From Methanocellales archaeon (lineage in GTDB: Archaea > Halobacteriota > UBA148 > JAUWXC01): a stretch of 64,000 nt of DNA. Positions within the stretch are counted from its first letter, which is position 1. Each line of letters starts with the position of its first letter. A program made the translations under genes and the position numbers. The notes beneath the pieces were generated by a model, which saw nothing but the letters and a program-made list of their open reading frames with translations, was not told the origin of the DNA and did no database searches. The stretch covers positions 21,586-85,585 of the forward strand of contig JASEEY010000004.1 in assembly GCA_030018435.1 (NCBI GenBank), read 5' to 3'. This document shows, in pieces, positions 26,268-37,644 of this stretch.

Positions 26268-27677
26268 TCATAATCTTGCGAGATAAAAAGACGTTCTCAG
26301 CACATAGGACATCAAACCTGGAACATGTTTGGGTTTGATGTACCCTTCTTTTATAAAATCGTAGAGAATCTTTAGATTGTTCTTTATTATCGCTGGTCTG
26401 AGATAGAACTCCATGTATGCTCTCTTGTTCAGCTCTCTGAGTTCATCTAAGGATAGTTGCTCGGTCTCTATAATCGGGTTTGCTGTGTCATATTTGCTCC
26501 AGTCCAGCTCCTTGATCATGCCCATTTTTTCCGCCGTTTCGTAGAATTTCGTCCCGGGATAAGGGGCAGGAAGGAAAAACAGTGCATATTCTGGATCCAG
26601 TGCCTTCGCCAATTCTATGCTCTCCTCTACATCCTTCTTGGCTTCTCCTGGCAGTCCGAGAATGATGTTAGCGATTCGTATCATGCCTAGCTTCCTGGAC
26701 ATCTGGAACACGTCCCTGACCTGTTGCATATCGACCTTCTTCTTCATCACATCGATGGACCTGCGCGAGGAAGTTTCGATGCTATAGGTAAGAATGCGAC
26801 ATCCCACATTTCGCAATTTTTTCAACGTCTCCTCATCTTTAATTACGCTCGCACTCTGGTAACCCCATAAAATGTCCAAGCCTCTTTCCCTTATTTCATC
26901 GCATAGCATCATAACCCGTTTTTTATTCAGGTCGAAATTATCGTCCATGAATATGAGCGCGTCAATGTCATAGTTTTTCTGCAAATATTCCATCTCATCC
27001 ACGATGCGCTTTGGATTTCTAGGTCTCCATCTTCTACCATATATGGCGGCAACGCTGCAGTAATGGCAGCCATATGTGCACCCTCTACTGGAAATCATGG
27101 TGCCCAGCTTGAACGTACCAAAGAGTTTGTATTTATCCATTGGCAGCAGGTGTCTTGCCGGATAAGGAAGCGAATCAACGTCTGCAAGTTCTCGCGGAGG
27201 ATTTCTGACAACTTGTTCATGCTCCCGAAAAACGATCCCCTTGACTCTGGTGAGGTCGCCGCCACACTTCCACGTGTGAATCAATTCTGGTGTGGTGATC
27301 TCCCCCTCACCACAAACCACCACATCTAGGTTTTCATTCTTCATACAGTCTTCTGCGAGCAGCGAGGCATGAGGGCCGCCCATCAGCGTTTTTATGCCGC
27401 CATCCACCTCTTTAGCGGTCTTAATGACTTCATTTGCATGATTGACGCGATACGTCGCGCAGTAGACGCCCACCACATCCAGATGAAATCTTTCAATATC
27501 TTCTTTAACCTCGTCTATATCCTTGGCCTCTGCAGGCATGTCTATGATCATAACTTCATGCCCGTCATTTTCGAGTGCTGCAGCTACATATGCCAATCCA
27601 ATTGGCGGTGCAACCAATCCGAGAAAGCGTTGATATATCTCCTCCTCACATGGTGGATGAATCAATAGAATTCTCAT
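26268..27677 (-). CDS. Cobalamin-binding radical SAM enzyme
   Basis: PPIGLAYVAA, GGPHAS, SSRGCTYGCHYC, FMDDNF. Confidence 0.92.
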   Translation of the reverse strand: MRILLIHPPCEEEIYQRFLGLVAPPIGLAYVAAALENDGHEVMIIDMPAEAKDIDEVKEDIERFHLDVVGVYCATYRVNHANEVIKTAKEVDGGIKTLMGGPHASLLAEDCMKNENLDVVVCGEGEITTPELIHTWKCGGDLTRVKGIVFREHEQVVRNPPRELADVDSLPYPARHLLPMDKYKLFGTFKLGTMISSRGCTYGCHYCSVAAIYGRRWRPRNPKRIVDEMEYLQKNYDIDALIFMDDNFDLNKKRVMMLCDEIRERGLDILWGYQSASVIKDEETLKKLRNVGCRILTYSIETSSRRSIDVMKKKVDMQQVRDVFQMSRKLGMIRIANIILGLPGEAKKDVEESIELAKALDPEYALFFLPAPYPGTKFYETAEKMGMIKELDWSKYDTANPIIETEQLSLDELRELNKRAYMEFYLRPAIIKNNLKILYDFIKEGYIKPKHVPGLMSYVLRTSFYLARL

Positions 27678-27889
27678 GTTGCTTACTATCCCCCTCTCAC
27701 CTTAAGTAATTTCAGGGAAAGATTCATATGTCGATAAATAATAAATTATGGATTGCGCCCTGAGCGCAAAAATCATTGCCCCCATTAATCTCGTCATTGA
27801 TCCTGTTATCTCTTATCGGCTCTGGGCGCCCACCCCCTCTTAAACGAAGCATACAAAGGTTAAAGACCTCTTTTAACGAAGGCATTATC

Positions 27890-28942
27890 ATGGAATTGGT
27901 GCCAAGATTAATCGCATGGGAGCTTACCGGTGCCTGCAATCTTGAGTGTGTGCACTGCAGGGCATCAGCTACGAAGACGCCAAGTTCAGACGAACTGTCT
28001 ACAGAAGAGGCGAAGCATCTTATCGATGATATCGCGAGCTTTGCCAAGCCCATCATAATCCTCAGTGGCGGTGAGCCACTTGTGAGGGACGACGTATACG
28101 AGATCGCGAAATATGGTATGGACAAAGGACTCAGGATGGTTCTGGCGACCAATGGTATATTGGTTACACGTGAAGTGGCGAAAAGGTTGAAAGATGCAGG
28201 GATAAGGCGTGTCAGCATCAGCATCGATGGTGCCAGTGCGAAAATGCACGACGAGTTCAGAGGTTTGCATGGTGCATTTGATGGCGCGCTAAGAGGCATG
28301 AAAACCCTTAAAGAGGCGGGATTAAGTCTTCAGATCAACACGACCATCACGAAGCGCAACCTGGATGAATTACCAAAAATCCTGGATTTGGCGCTGGAAT
28401 TGAGTGCGGATGCGCTGCACATATTCATGCTCGTTCCTACTGGCAGGGGCGAGGTGCTCGCGGGCGAGGAAGTTTCGCCAGAGGAGTATGAGAGGGTGCT
28501 GAACTGGCTTTATGATGCTCAGAAAAAAGCCAAGATACAGCTTAAGGCAACATGTGCCCCTCATTACTTCCGCATCATGTATCAAAGGGCAAAACATGGG
28601 GCACGAGTGGAGCTGAAGAAAGAGGGGTTTAGCGCCATGACAAAGGGGTGCCTTGCCGGCACAGGATTCTGCTTCATCTCGAGGACCGGCGAGGTATATC
28701 CGTGCGGGTATCTCCCCGTCTTGGCCGGTGATATTCGAAGGCAATCGTTCTGGGAGATATGGCGTAGCTCAAAGGTATTCATCGAGCTAAGAGATGGCAG
28801 CAGGCTAAAGGGAAAATGCGCTAGGTGTGAGTTCAGACGCGTCTGTGGGGGGTGCAGAGCCAGAGCGTATGCCGTGACTGGTGATTATTTAGACGAGGAG
28901 CCATACTGCATCTACCAGCCAGGGGGCGCTAAACGTGGATGA
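27890..28942 (+). CDS. ahbD: Heme b synthase (radical SAM/SPASM)
   Basis: WELTGACNLECVHCRASA, TCAPHY, GCLAG, CGGCRARA. Confidence 0.85.
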   Translation: MELVPRLIAWELTGACNLECVHCRASATKTPSSDELSTEEAKHLIDDIASFAKPIIILSGGEPLVRDDVYEIAKYGMDKGLRMVLATNGILVTREVAKRLKDAGIRRVSISIDGASAKMHDEFRGLHGAFDGALRGMKTLKEAGLSLQINTTITKRNLDELPKILDLALELSADALHIFMLVPTGRGEVLAGEEVSPEEYERVLNWLYDAQKKAKIQLKATCAPHYFRIMYQRAKHGARVELKKEGFSAMTKGCLAGTGFCFISRTGEVYPCGYLPVLAGDIRRQSFWEIWRSSKVFIELRDGSRLKGKCARCEFRRVCGGCRARAYAVTGDYLDEEPYCIYQPGGAKRG

Positions 28943-29378
28943 GGTTGACAGATCGATTCTGAATTCGATACAGGATAGGTTTCCGCTTACTTCTAGACCT
29001 TTCGCTGAGCTGGGCGTGAGACTGGGGCTCAGCGAGGACGAGGTAATATCTAGGATTCAAAAACTGAAAGATGCGAACATCATCAGGCGCATAGCCCCCA
29101 TCATTGATGTGAAAAAGCTTGGCGGCGCCAGCACCTTAGTAGCGATGAGCGTGCCACTGGACAGAGTAGACGAGGTGGCAAACACGATCAACACTTATCC
29201 CGAAGTATCACATAATTATTTGCGCCGGAATAAATATAATATCTGGTTTACGATATCGGCGCCCAGCAAATCGCGTTTGGATCAAATGCTCAAAGAGATA
29301 GGGGAAAAAACTGGCTGCCCATACATCAATTTGCCAACGATCAGGGTCTTTAGACTCGGCGTGAAATTTGAGGTGTAG
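28935..29378 (+). CDS. ahbA: Siroheme decarboxylase subunit alpha
   Basis: IQDRFPLTSRPF, VSHNYLR..YNIWFT. Confidence 0.9.
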   Translation: MDEVDRSILNSIQDRFPLTSRPFAELGVRLGLSEDEVISRIQKLKDANIIRRIAPIIDVKKLGGASTLVAMSVPLDRVDEVANTINTYPEVSHNYLRRNKYNIWFTISAPSKSRLDQMLKEIGEKTGCPYINLPTIRVFRLGVKFEV

Positions 29379-29842
29379 TGATGGATGAGACTGACAGGAA
29401 ACTTCTGGAGATGACGCACGATGGCATCCCGCTAGTCAAGAGACCATTTGCAGAGATAGCCGGCTCGCTCGGCATCGCTGAGGATGAAATTTTACAAAGA
29501 CTTCGGAGATTGTTGGATGAAGGAGTAATCAGGCGCTTTGGCGCATCCATTGCCCATAGAAAAATTGGCATTGCTGCCAATGCGATGTGCGTCTGGAATG
29601 TGCCAGATGAGAGGGTGGACGAAGTTGGAGACATTATAGCAAGTTTCGGTGAGGTGACGCATTGCTATATCCGCTCACGCGCCAGAGACTGGAGATATAA
29701 TATGTTCGCGATGGTGCACGGTAGGACAAGGCAGGAGTGCGAGAAGGTAGCAGATAGAATCACCAAAGCGGTCGGCATACGCGATCGCAAAATCTTATTC
29801 AGCGAGCGAGAATTTAAAAAGACAGGTGTTAGAATTGAGTAA
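29378..29842 (+). CDS. ahbB: Siroheme decarboxylase subunit beta
   Basis: GIPLVKRPF, ANAMCVW, VTHCYIR..WRYNMFAMVHG. Confidence 0.9.
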   Translation: MMDETDRKLLEMTHDGIPLVKRPFAEIAGSLGIAEDEILQRLRRLLDEGVIRRFGASIAHRKIGIAANAMCVWNVPDERVDEVGDIIASFGEVTHCYIRSRARDWRYNMFAMVHGRTRQECEKVADRITKAVGIRDRKILFSEREFKKTGVRIE

Positions 29843-29843
29843 G

Positions 29844-30476
29844 ATGTTGCCACTTATCGTTGACATCGAGGATAAAAAAATCGTCATTTTTGGAGGCGGC
29901 TCTGTAGGTGAGAGGAAAGTGGAACTGTTCAAGGATGCGGATGTGCTGGTTGTGAGCAAGACGTTCACACCGGGGTTGCGCAGGTTAGCTGATGAAGGTT
30001 TTGTTAAATTGCTCACATGCGACTTAAACAAAGTGGACATAGAACTTCTCATCGATGGTGCGTTTCTGGTCATACCTGCCACCGATGATCCAGGGCTGAA
30101 TGCCAAGATCGTAGGGCACGCGAAGAAGCACAACGTCTTGACAAATCCCGTAGGTGGCGCTGGGGACATCATTATCCCTTCTGTAATAAAGCGGGGTGAC
30201 ATTGTGATCGGCATCTCCACCCTGGGGAAGAGTCCTGCAATGTCGAAATTCCTGCGCAAGAAACTGGAGCAGGTGATACCCAAGAAATACGCGGATATGG
30301 TCAGGCTCCAGGCTGAAATCAGGGAAATATTGAAAGTGCGCATCCCGGACCAAAAAGCCAGAGAAAAAGTACTATGGGAAATACTGAACGACAACATCAT
30401 CTGGGAATGCTTGGGCACATCTTATGATAAAGCATATGAGCTATCGCTGTCACATATAAAAACTCGTGCGAAGTGA
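29844..30476 (+). CDS. sirC: Precorrin-2 dehydrogenase
   Basis: GGGSVGERKV, ATDD, ISTLGKSPAMSK. Confidence 0.9.
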   Translation: MLPLIVDIEDKKIVIFGGGSVGERKVELFKDADVLVVSKTFTPGLRRLADEGFVKLLTCDLNKVDIELLIDGAFLVIPATDDPGLNAKIVGHAKKHNVLTNPVGGAGDIIIPSVIKRGDIVIGISTLGKSPAMSKFLRKKLEQVIPKKYADMVRLQAEIREILKVRIPDQKAREKVLWEILNDNIIWECLGTSYDKAYELSLSHIKTRAK

Positions 30477-30480
30477 TGTG

Positions 30481-31725
30481 ATGTCAGAGATAACAAGCAT
30501 GTTGGCCACGCATAAGTGGGCAAGCATAGAAGAGCTTGAGAAAGCGAGGCATGATGATTTAGAGAGCGCGCTAAAGGAACTACACTCGTTCGAGGGCGTT
30601 GAGGAGTGTGCCATACTCCAAACGTGCAACAGGGTCGAGACGTATATCGTATCATTAGATGGTAGGCAGACGCTGGAGAGATATGTTGCGTACAAGGACA
30701 TACCCCCACACGTGCTGAGATATCATGATCATGTCCAGTCTCTTAGACATCTGCTCAGGCTCGCCTCCGGACTTGAGTCCATAATCGTCGGCGAAGATCA
30801 GATTCTAGGGCAGGTCAAGGATGCGTTTTGCATGGCGAAAGCCCTCGGCACGACCGGTCGCATCTTGAATACGGCATTCAGCAAAGCAATCAACGTTGGT
30901 AAAAGGGCTAGGGCCGAGACGAAAATCAACAAAGGTGCCGTATCCGTAGGCTCTGCGGCGGTGGATTTGGCTGAACACATACTCGGCAGCCTGGATAACA
31001 GGACGATTATGGTCATTGGTGCAGGTGAAATGGGGACGTTAGTAGCCAGAGCACTTGCACATAAGAACGTTCATGCCGTATTCGTTTCGAGCAGGACATA
31101 TGAGCATGCCAAATCGTTGGCGAAGGAGCTTTCTGGTAAAGCAGTGCGCTATGATAGGAAGGAGAAATATATCGCTAACTCAGATGTCGTGATAAGCGCT
31201 ACGGCCGCCCCTCACACCATCATCAACAAGGAGCTAATAGAAAAGGTGATGGGCAAGCGAAATGACAGAAAGTTGCTTCTCATCGACATCGCAAACCCAA
31301 GGGATATAGAAGAAGACGTAGCAGAGCTTCCTAACGTCGAGCTGCACAACATCGACGACCTAAAGGTGATAAGCGACATCAATCTAAAGAAGCGGAGGGC
31401 TGAAATAAGCAAGGTGGAGAAGATACTAGGGGAGGAGTTGAAGCTACTGGAAGCACATTACAAGCAGCAGAGGGCGGATGGCGTTATATCAATGTTATAT
31501 ACCCAAAGCGAAAAGATTAGACTTAGGGAAAAGGAGAAGGCGATCAACAGGCTAAGGTCTCTTGGCGAGCTGGATGAGGCGCAAATGAAAATCATCGATG
31601 ACCTGACGGATTCGCTCGTCCACAAAGTCCTTGCCCAACCGACGAAAACACTTCGCAATGAGGCCGAGAACGGAAATGAGAGATTTCTTGAGACGACTAA
31701 AAAATTGTTCAAATTGGAGAGATGA
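30481..31725 (+). CDS. hemA: Glutamyl-tRNA reductase
   Basis: LQTCNRVE, GEDQILGQV, IGAGEMG, DIANPRD. Confidence 0.97.
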   Translation: MSEITSMLATHKWASIEELEKARHDDLESALKELHSFEGVEECAILQTCNRVETYIVSLDGRQTLERYVAYKDIPPHVLRYHDHVQSLRHLLRLASGLESIIVGEDQILGQVKDAFCMAKALGTTGRILNTAFSKAINVGKRARAETKINKGAVSVGSAAVDLAEHILGSLDNRTIMVIGAGEMGTLVARALAHKNVHAVFVSSRTYEHAKSLAKELSGKAVRYDRKEKYIANSDVVISATAAPHTIINKELIEKVMGKRNDRKLLLIDIANPRDIEEDVAELPNVELHNIDDLKVISDINLKKRRAEISKVEKILGEELKLLEAHYKQQRADGVISMLYTQSEKIRLREKEKAINRLRSLGELDEAQMKIIDDLTDSLVHKVLAQPTKTLRNEAENGNERFLETTKKLFKLER

Positions 31726-31728
31726 ATT

Positions 31729-32697
31729 ATGTTCCCCATGTTAAGGATGAGGAGATCGCGCAAAGCCAAGGTTCGAGATATGGTCAGAGAGAGCATGCTT
31801 ACGGTGAACGACCTGATTTATCCCATGTTCGTGAGCGAAGTCGATACATCGCCCATCGAAATAAAATCCATGCCAGGGCAGTTCAGGTATCCCTTGAGCA
31901 TGATAGCAGATGAGGCAAGGGCTGTTGCAGAGCTGGGAATTCCTGCCATTATTTTGTTTGGCGTTTCATCCCACAAGGACGAAGTCGGGAGTTCTGCCTA
32001 TGATCCAAGCGGGGTTGTCCAGAAAGCAATCCTAGCGATTAAGGATGAATTGGGCGATGATTTGCTCATTATCACGGATGTCTGTCTGTGCGAGTACATG
32101 ACGCATGGTCATTGTGGCATCGTCGAGAATGAAAAAATCTTGAATGACCCAACGCTGGAGATTCTGGGGAAAACAGCAGTTAGCCACGCTCAGGCAGGTG
32201 CGGACATCGTCGCCCCCTCCGGAATGATGGATGGCATGGTGGATGCAATACGCACAGCTTTGGATGACGAGGGATTTCAGGACACCATCATAATGTCCTA
32301 TGCAGTAAAGTACGCCTCCTCCTTCTACTCTCCTTTCAGGGAGGCTGCGACGTCTGGCTACACGTTCGGCGACAGAACCACCTATCAAATGGACCCTGCC
32401 AATTCTGATGAGGCGCTGAGGGAGGCATCGCTTGATTTACAAGAAGGTGCGGACATCATCATGGTGAAGCCGGCGCTACCCTATCTGGACATAATCTACA
32501 GGGTCAAGACGGAATTGGGCGTTCCCACTGCTGCATACAGCGTCAGTGGGGAATACGCAGCCCTCAAAGCGGCATCCCTAAAGGGCTGGCTAGAGGAGAA
32601 GGCGGTTGTTATGGAATCGTTGCTAGCAATCAAAAGAGCAGGTGCGGACATGATTCTCACCTATTTTGCGAAAGACGTCGCGGAGTGGCTCGGATGA
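31729..32697 (+). CDS. hemB: Porphobilinogen synthase
   Basis: [25 protein letters not shown]. Confidence 0.97.
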   Translation: MFPMLRMRRSRKAKVRDMVRESMLTVNDLIYPMFVSEVDTSPIEIKSMPGQFRYPLSMIADEARAVAELGIPAIILFGVSSHKDEVGSSAYDPSGVVQKAILAIKDELGDDLLIITDVCLCEYMTHGHCGIVENEKILNDPTLEILGKTAVSHAQAGADIVAPSGMMDGMVDAIRTALDDEGFQDTIIMSYAVKYASSFYSPFREAATSGYTFGDRTTYQMDPANSDEALREASLDLQEGADIIMVKPALPYLDIIYRVKTELGVPTAAYSVSGEYAALKAASLKGWLEEKAVVMESLLAIKRAGADMILTYFAKDVAEWLG

Positions 32698-33950
32698 ACT
32701 CGGAAGAGTTGTTCAGCGAGGCACGAAAGCTCTTGCCTGGTGGTGTTAGTTCGCCTGTTAGGGCGATCAAGCCCTATCCTTTCTATGTTAAATCTGCTCA
32801 AAGCTCCAGGATTGTGGATATAGATGGAAATGAATATGTAGATTATTGCATGGGGTATGGCCCCCTCATACTGGGACATGCGCACCCCGCCATCAAAATG
32901 GCGGTCATAGGTCAATTGGACAAGGGCTGGCTTTATGGAACGCCGATCGAGCAGGAGGTAGCGCTGGCGAAGGAGATAACCCGCTACTATAAAAGCGTCG
33001 ATATGGTGCGTTTCGTCAGCACCGGAACAGAGGCGACGATGAGTGCGATGAGGATTGCACGCGGCTTTACGGGGAAAAATAAAATAGTAAAGATAGAGGG
33101 TGGCTTTCATGGCGCGCATGATGCTGTGCTGGTGAAGGCAGGCTCGGGCGTTGCTACGATGGGTATGCCAGGTTCGTCGGGCATCCCCCCTGAATTCACG
33201 AAACACACGCTGCAGGTACCATTTAACGATAGAGAGGCAATGTCTAATGTCATCGACAGCTTCAAGGAGGATATAGCAGCCGTCATAATGGAGCCCGTGA
33301 TGGGCAATGTGGGACCTATTCTGCCAGAGGACGGATATCTCAAAGAGGTGCGCGCTTTGACGAAGGAGCACGATATACTGTTAATCTTCGACGAGATCAT
33401 CACCGGTTTTCGACTGGCAATGGGCGGCGCCCAAGAATATTATAATGTGACACCCGACATCACAACACTTGGCAAGATACTCGGAGGCGGCTTCCCCATA
33501 GGTGCAGTTGGAGGTAGGCGGGAGATAATGGAATGCGTTTCACCAGCAGGCAAGGTATATCAGGCTGGAACATTCAACGGCAATCCCGTGTCGCTCACCG
33601 CTGGCTTGGCAACGATAGAGGTGCTGCGCAGCGAGAACGTTCATGGAAAGCTCAACGATGCGGGCAACTCGCTCAGAATTCAGCTGAGAGACATCGTGGC
33701 AGATAAAGGTCTCGATTATACCGTTGCTGGCATCGGGTCCATGTTCAAGGTGTTTTTTGTGGGCAACGTACGCAATTATCAGGATGCACTCAAATGTGAT
33801 AAAGACGGATATGAACAGTTCTTCCATAGGATGCACAAGGATGGCGTATTTCTCCCTCCATCCCAGTTTGAGACCAACTTTTTGTCTTATGCCCATACGC
33901 AAGAGGACATCAAAAGGACGATAGATGCGTACGAGGTAAACCTCTCATGA
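32694..33950 (+). CDS. hemL: Glutamate-1-semialdehyde 2,1-aminomutase
   Basis: [27 protein letters not shown]. Confidence 0.97.
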   Translation: MNSEELFSEARKLLPGGVSSPVRAIKPYPFYVKSAQSSRIVDIDGNEYVDYCMGYGPLILGHAHPAIKMAVIGQLDKGWLYGTPIEQEVALAKEITRYYKSVDMVRFVSTGTEATMSAMRIARGFTGKNKIVKIEGGFHGAHDAVLVKAGSGVATMGMPGSSGIPPEFTKHTLQVPFNDREAMSNVIDSFKEDIAAVIMEPVMGNVGPILPEDGYLKEVRALTKEHDILLIFDEIITGFRLAMGGAQEYYNVTPDITTLGKILGGGFPIGAVGGRREIMECVSPAGKVYQAGTFNGNPVSLTAGLATIEVLRSENVHGKLNDAGNSLRIQLRDIVADKGLDYTVAGIGSMFKVFFVGNVRNYQDALKCDKDGYEQFFHRMHKDGVFLPPSQFETNFLSYAHTQEDIKRTIDAYEVNLS

Positions 33951-34834
33951 TCATAGGCTCGAGGGGCAGCGCACTTGCGTTAGCGCAGACAGAATACGTT
34001 AGGTCGCTGCTGCAGGAAAAAGGCATTCAAACCACGCTTAGAATCGTCAAGACCAGTGGCGATATGTTCGCAGATCGCCCATTGCATGAGGTCGGTACTG
34101 GCATTTTCGTCAGGGAAATAGACGAATTGATGTTAGAGGGCGAAATCGATGTAGCGGTGCACAGCATGAAAGATGTGCCAACAGAGAGGTCACATCAGCT
34201 CGTCCTCAGTGCTGTGTTACGTAGAGATTCACCGTATGATGTTCTGGTCAGCAACTTCAAGTTTGAGGAGTTGCCGGAAGGCGCAGTTATAGGTACCTCC
34301 AGTCTGCGGCGAAGGGCACAATTGCTGAGACTTAGATCGGATTTGAACATCGTAGGTATGCGGGGCAATGTGGATACAAGGCTACGTAAGTTACGCAGAG
34401 GGGATTATGACGGAATCGTGTTAGCAGAGGCAGGATTAAGGCGGATGGGGATTGATGTGGATGCAGAGCGCCTACCCATCGTTCCATCTGCCGGTCAGGG
34501 AGCCATAGCTGTCATAACGAGGAAGGATGTGGATGACAGACTCAAGCAGTTTAATCACGAACCATCCCGACGCGAAATAGAGGTTGAAAGGACCATATTG
34601 AAGATTCTGGGAGGGGGGTGCATCGTTCCAATAGGTGTGCTTGCACGTGCCCATGATGATACCATCATCGTTAAGGCGGAGATACTCTCGCCAGATGGGT
34701 GGAGGTGTATATCGATGGAGCGCTCCTTCCACGTCAGCAATTATAAATCTGCTGCAGTTGAAATGGGAACTGAGCTGAAACGCAAAGGCGGGGCTGAGCT
34801 GGTTGAAGAGGCGATCAAGAGCATCAAAGGGTAA
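33947..34834 (+). CDS. hemC: Hydroxymethylbilane synthase
   Basis: [32 protein letters not shown]. Confidence 0.97.
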   Translation: MIIGSRGSALALAQTEYVRSLLQEKGIQTTLRIVKTSGDMFADRPLHEVGTGIFVREIDELMLEGEIDVAVHSMKDVPTERSHQLVLSAVLRRDSPYDVLVSNFKFEELPEGAVIGTSSLRRRAQLLRLRSDLNIVGMRGNVDTRLRKLRRGDYDGIVLAEAGLRRMGIDVDAERLPIVPSAGQGAIAVITRKDVDDRLKQFNHEPSRREIEVERTILKILGGGCIVPIGVLARAHDDTIIVKAEILSPDGWRCISMERSFHVSNYKSAAVEMGTELKRKGGAELVEEAIKSIKG

Positions 34835-35558
34835 GGTGTACCTGGTTGGCGCGGGTCCTGGGGACCCAGAACTGCTCACCAAGAAAGCGGAGCGCATCAT
34901 CGAAGAGGCTGACGTAATATTATATGACAACCTTGTTGGAAGAGAGATTGTCAAGAGATTTCCCCCAGGCGTTGAGGCGATAGACGTTGGCAAGCATGCA
35001 GGTCTGCATAAGTTCGAGCAGGGCGAGATCAATAGGATGATGGTTAAATATGCTGAAGAGGGCAAGACCGTTGTAAGGCTGAAGGGCGGCGATCCTTACC
35101 TCTTCGGACGGGGCGGGGAAGAGGCGGAGATGCTGATCGATTCGAACATCGAGGTCGAGATCGTTCCGGGCATCACATCCGCGATAGCAGCGCCAGCGTA
35201 TGCGGGCATCCCTATGACGCACAGGGACTACGCATCAATGGTGACCTTTGTCACAGGACACGAGGCGGCAAAGGAGACACCTGCAATTGATTGGAGTTTG
35301 CTTGCGAAGCTCAGGGGCACGCTGGTCATTTTGATGGGCGTGAAACGTCTCGAGCACAACGTAAATGCGCTGATGGCGCATGGCAAAGATCCAGAGACGC
35401 CCGTTGCAGTCATCGAGAAAGGCACCACGAAAGGGCAAAAAGTTACGACTGGGACGCTGCGTAACATAGTCGAGATTGCAAAAAAGGCTAACGTAAAACC
35501 GCCTGCAATAGTTGTGGTGGGCGATGTTGTCAGGTTGCGCGAAACGCTTGGGAGTTAA
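34803..35558 (+). CDS. cobA: Uroporphyrinogen-III C-methyltransferase
   Basis: VGAGPGDPELLT, RLKGGDPYLFGRGGEE, VPGITS. Confidence 0.95.
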   Translation: MKRRSRASKGKVYLVGAGPGDPELLTKKAERIIEEADVILYDNLVGREIVKRFPPGVEAIDVGKHAGLHKFEQGEINRMMVKYAEEGKTVVRLKGGDPYLFGRGGEEAEMLIDSNIEVEIVPGITSAIAAPAYAGIPMTHRDYASMVTFVTGHEAAKETPAIDWSLLAKLRGTLVILMGVKRLEHNVNALMAHGKDPETPVAVIEKGTTKGQKVTTGTLRNIVEIAKKANVKPPAIVVVGDVVRLRETLGS

Positions 35559-35559
35559 G

Positions 35560-36327
35560 ATGAAAACGATCGCGATAATGCGCCCCCAGCAATATCTGCC
35601 GGATTCGATCAAACTGGCGAAATCCTATGGGTATGATGTGATTGCTGCGCCCATGATTGAAATTCGCGAGAGAAACGATCCAGAGTTTGATGTTTTTGTC
35701 CAGCGCGTTTTGAATCGCAGTATTGACTACGTGATTTTCACCAGCGCGAATGGCGTCATATTCACGTTAGAAAAGGTCGGTAGCAAAAAATTTGTAGATG
35801 CGCTGAACGCCTGCAACATAATCGCCATCGGTCCCAACACACAGCGAGAGCTGGAAAAGCACGCCATACATGTTGACATAATCCCGGCAACGTATTCCTC
35901 GGATGGGATTGTGAGTGCGCTAGCATCATTCATCAATGAAAAAGAGGTCGAGGTGGTGCGGAGCTCCCATGGAGATCCGGCGTTAATAGAAGGGCTTGAA
36001 AAACATGGTGCGCACGTGCATGAGGCTCAGGTGTATGAGATTATACGCCCCACAGGCAAGGCACAGAAGGGCATCATCCAGGCTGCGCTGGATGGCAAAA
36101 TCGACACCTTTATATTTACAAGCGCGATGACGGTTGCCAATTTTCTCAAAACGGCGGAGGATTTAGGCAAGAAAGATGAGGTGATAAGGGCTGTTAACAG
36201 GAAGACTATTGCTGCAATAGGGACTCCGACAGCAGACGCATTAGCGAGCAATAACATTCACGTAGATATACTGCCAAAAAAGTTTACCTTCAAGGATTTG
36301 CTGGATGAACTGGAGGTGGCAAGGTGA
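35560..36327 (+). CDS. hemD: Uroporphyrinogen-III synthase
   Basis: IFTSANGV, AIGPNT, FTSAMTV; position in hem cluster. Confidence 0.92.
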   Translation: MKTIAIMRPQQYLPDSIKLAKSYGYDVIAAPMIEIRERNDPEFDVFVQRVLNRSIDYVIFTSANGVIFTLEKVGSKKFVDALNACNIIAIGPNTQRELEKHAIHVDIIPATYSSDGIVSALASFINEKEVEVVRSSHGDPALIEGLEKHGAHVHEAQVYEIIRPTGKAQKGIIQAALDGKIDTFIFTSAMTVANFLKTAEDLGKKDEVIRAVNRKTIAAIGTPTADALASNNIHVDILPKKFTFKDLLDELEVAR

Positions 36328-37508
36328 TCATATTCTCCAAGGTTCTGGCTGACAAGGCAACGGTGTGGGCTGCCCTTAGGGCAAAGGAGATGGCTGCGGC
36401 AGAAGCGCCGGACGATTTGATCAGGTTCTCCTCAGAGAGGAAACCAGTTGTGATGTGGAACATCACACGAGCGTGCAACCTTAGGTGCGAGCACTGCTAT
36501 GCTAATGCGACATTAGGTCCGCATCCCGATGAATTGACGCTGGATGAGGGCATTCGATTTATTGATGAGCTCGCTGAGTTGGGCATTCCAATGCTCATTT
36601 TTACCGGTGGCGAACCCCTTGCGAGCAAGAATTTCTTTTCACTGGCTAATCACGCCAAAGACGTTGGGCTGCGAACCGTAATTTCCACGAACGGCACACT
36701 AATCACACTTAAGGTTGCGCAAAAATTGAAGGATGCGGATATACGTTACGTAGGCGTCAGCATAGACGCAGCAACGCCAGGGATTCACGATGAGTTTAGG
36801 GGTGTTCAGGGCGCCTGGCAGATGTCAATAGATGGCATAAAGAATGCGATGGATGCTGGATTGAGAACGGGCTTCAGGATCACCATCACCAAGGACAACT
36901 GGAATCAGGTGCCTGCACTGCTGTCGTTGGCAGTGGAGATGGGAGTTCCACGATTCTGTTTGTATCATCTCGTGCCGACTGGCAGGGGAGAAAACATCGC
37001 AGCCCGGGATGTCACGAAGGCGCAGAGGGTGGAGGTGCTCAAGTGCCTGTATGATAAGGCCGTCGAACTAAGGGGTAAAGACATCGAGATCCTAAGCACG
37101 GATTCTCCGATGGATGGCGTTTACATCCTTGAACGCCTCAAGAAAGAGGACCCAGAGCGCATGAACGTTGTGAGGGAGTTGCTGAAAATCTCTGGAGGAT
37201 GTTCTATAGGAAACAAGGTTGCAAACGTCGATTATCTGGGCAATGTCAATCCATGTCACTTCGCTCCTCATAGGAAGGTCGGAAATCTTCGGAAGCGAAC
37301 GTTCAACGAAATCTGGAATGAAAATCCATGCGAGTTGCTCTGCGAGTTGCGCAGAAAAGAGACGCTGCTGAAGGGCAAGTGCGGTATCTGCGATTACAGG
37401 GACGTATGCGGCGGATGTAGACAGAAGGCATGGTTCTATAAGGGTGATTTCTTCGAGGAGGATCCAACGTGCATCTACAATCCAGTGACGAAGAGGATTG
37501 AGGTGTAA
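36324..37508 (+). CDS. ahbC: Radical SAM/SPASM, AhbC-like (Fe-coproporphyrin III synthase)
   Basis: KPVVMWNITRACNLRCEHCYA, FCLYHLVPTGRG, SPASM cysteines. Confidence 0.8.
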   Translation: MIIFSKVLADKATVWAALRAKEMAAAEAPDDLIRFSSERKPVVMWNITRACNLRCEHCYANATLGPHPDELTLDEGIRFIDELAELGIPMLIFTGGEPLASKNFFSLANHAKDVGLRTVISTNGTLITLKVAQKLKDADIRYVGVSIDAATPGIHDEFRGVQGAWQMSIDGIKNAMDAGLRTGFRITITKDNWNQVPALLSLAVEMGVPRFCLYHLVPTGRGENIAARDVTKAQRVEVLKCLYDKAVELRGKDIEILSTDSPMDGVYILERLKKEDPERMNVVRELLKISGGCSIGNKVANVDYLGNVNPCHFAPHRKVGNLRKRTFNEIWNENPCELLCELRRKETLLKGKCGICDYRDVCGGCRQKAWFYKGDFFEEDPTCIYNPVTKRIEV

Positions 37509-37576
37509 AATCAGACCATAGTGGGATTGAAATAACTAGGCCTATAAGCCATCTATGTACGCGTCCACTTTGTGAA

Positions 37577-37644
37577 TGCTTAAGCCCGAAGGGCGTATGC
37601 TACCGCTTAAACGAAGTGTACGCGAAGCTTAAACTAAAGTGTAT
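37577..37644 (+). repeat. Mini-hairpin tandem repeat array (leader hairpin plus 2 units)
   Basis: tgcttaagcccgaagggcgtatgctaccgcttaaacgaagtgtacgcgaagcttaaactaaagtgta; last unit overlaps the fic stop codon. Confidence 0.88.

Noticed and set aside
27839-27853. cttaaacgaagc resembling the hairpin-repeat core
   Set aside because: Single partial match without the GCGAAGC part, the AC-GAA-GT stem closure or TA-bounded units; likely chance or promoter sequence.
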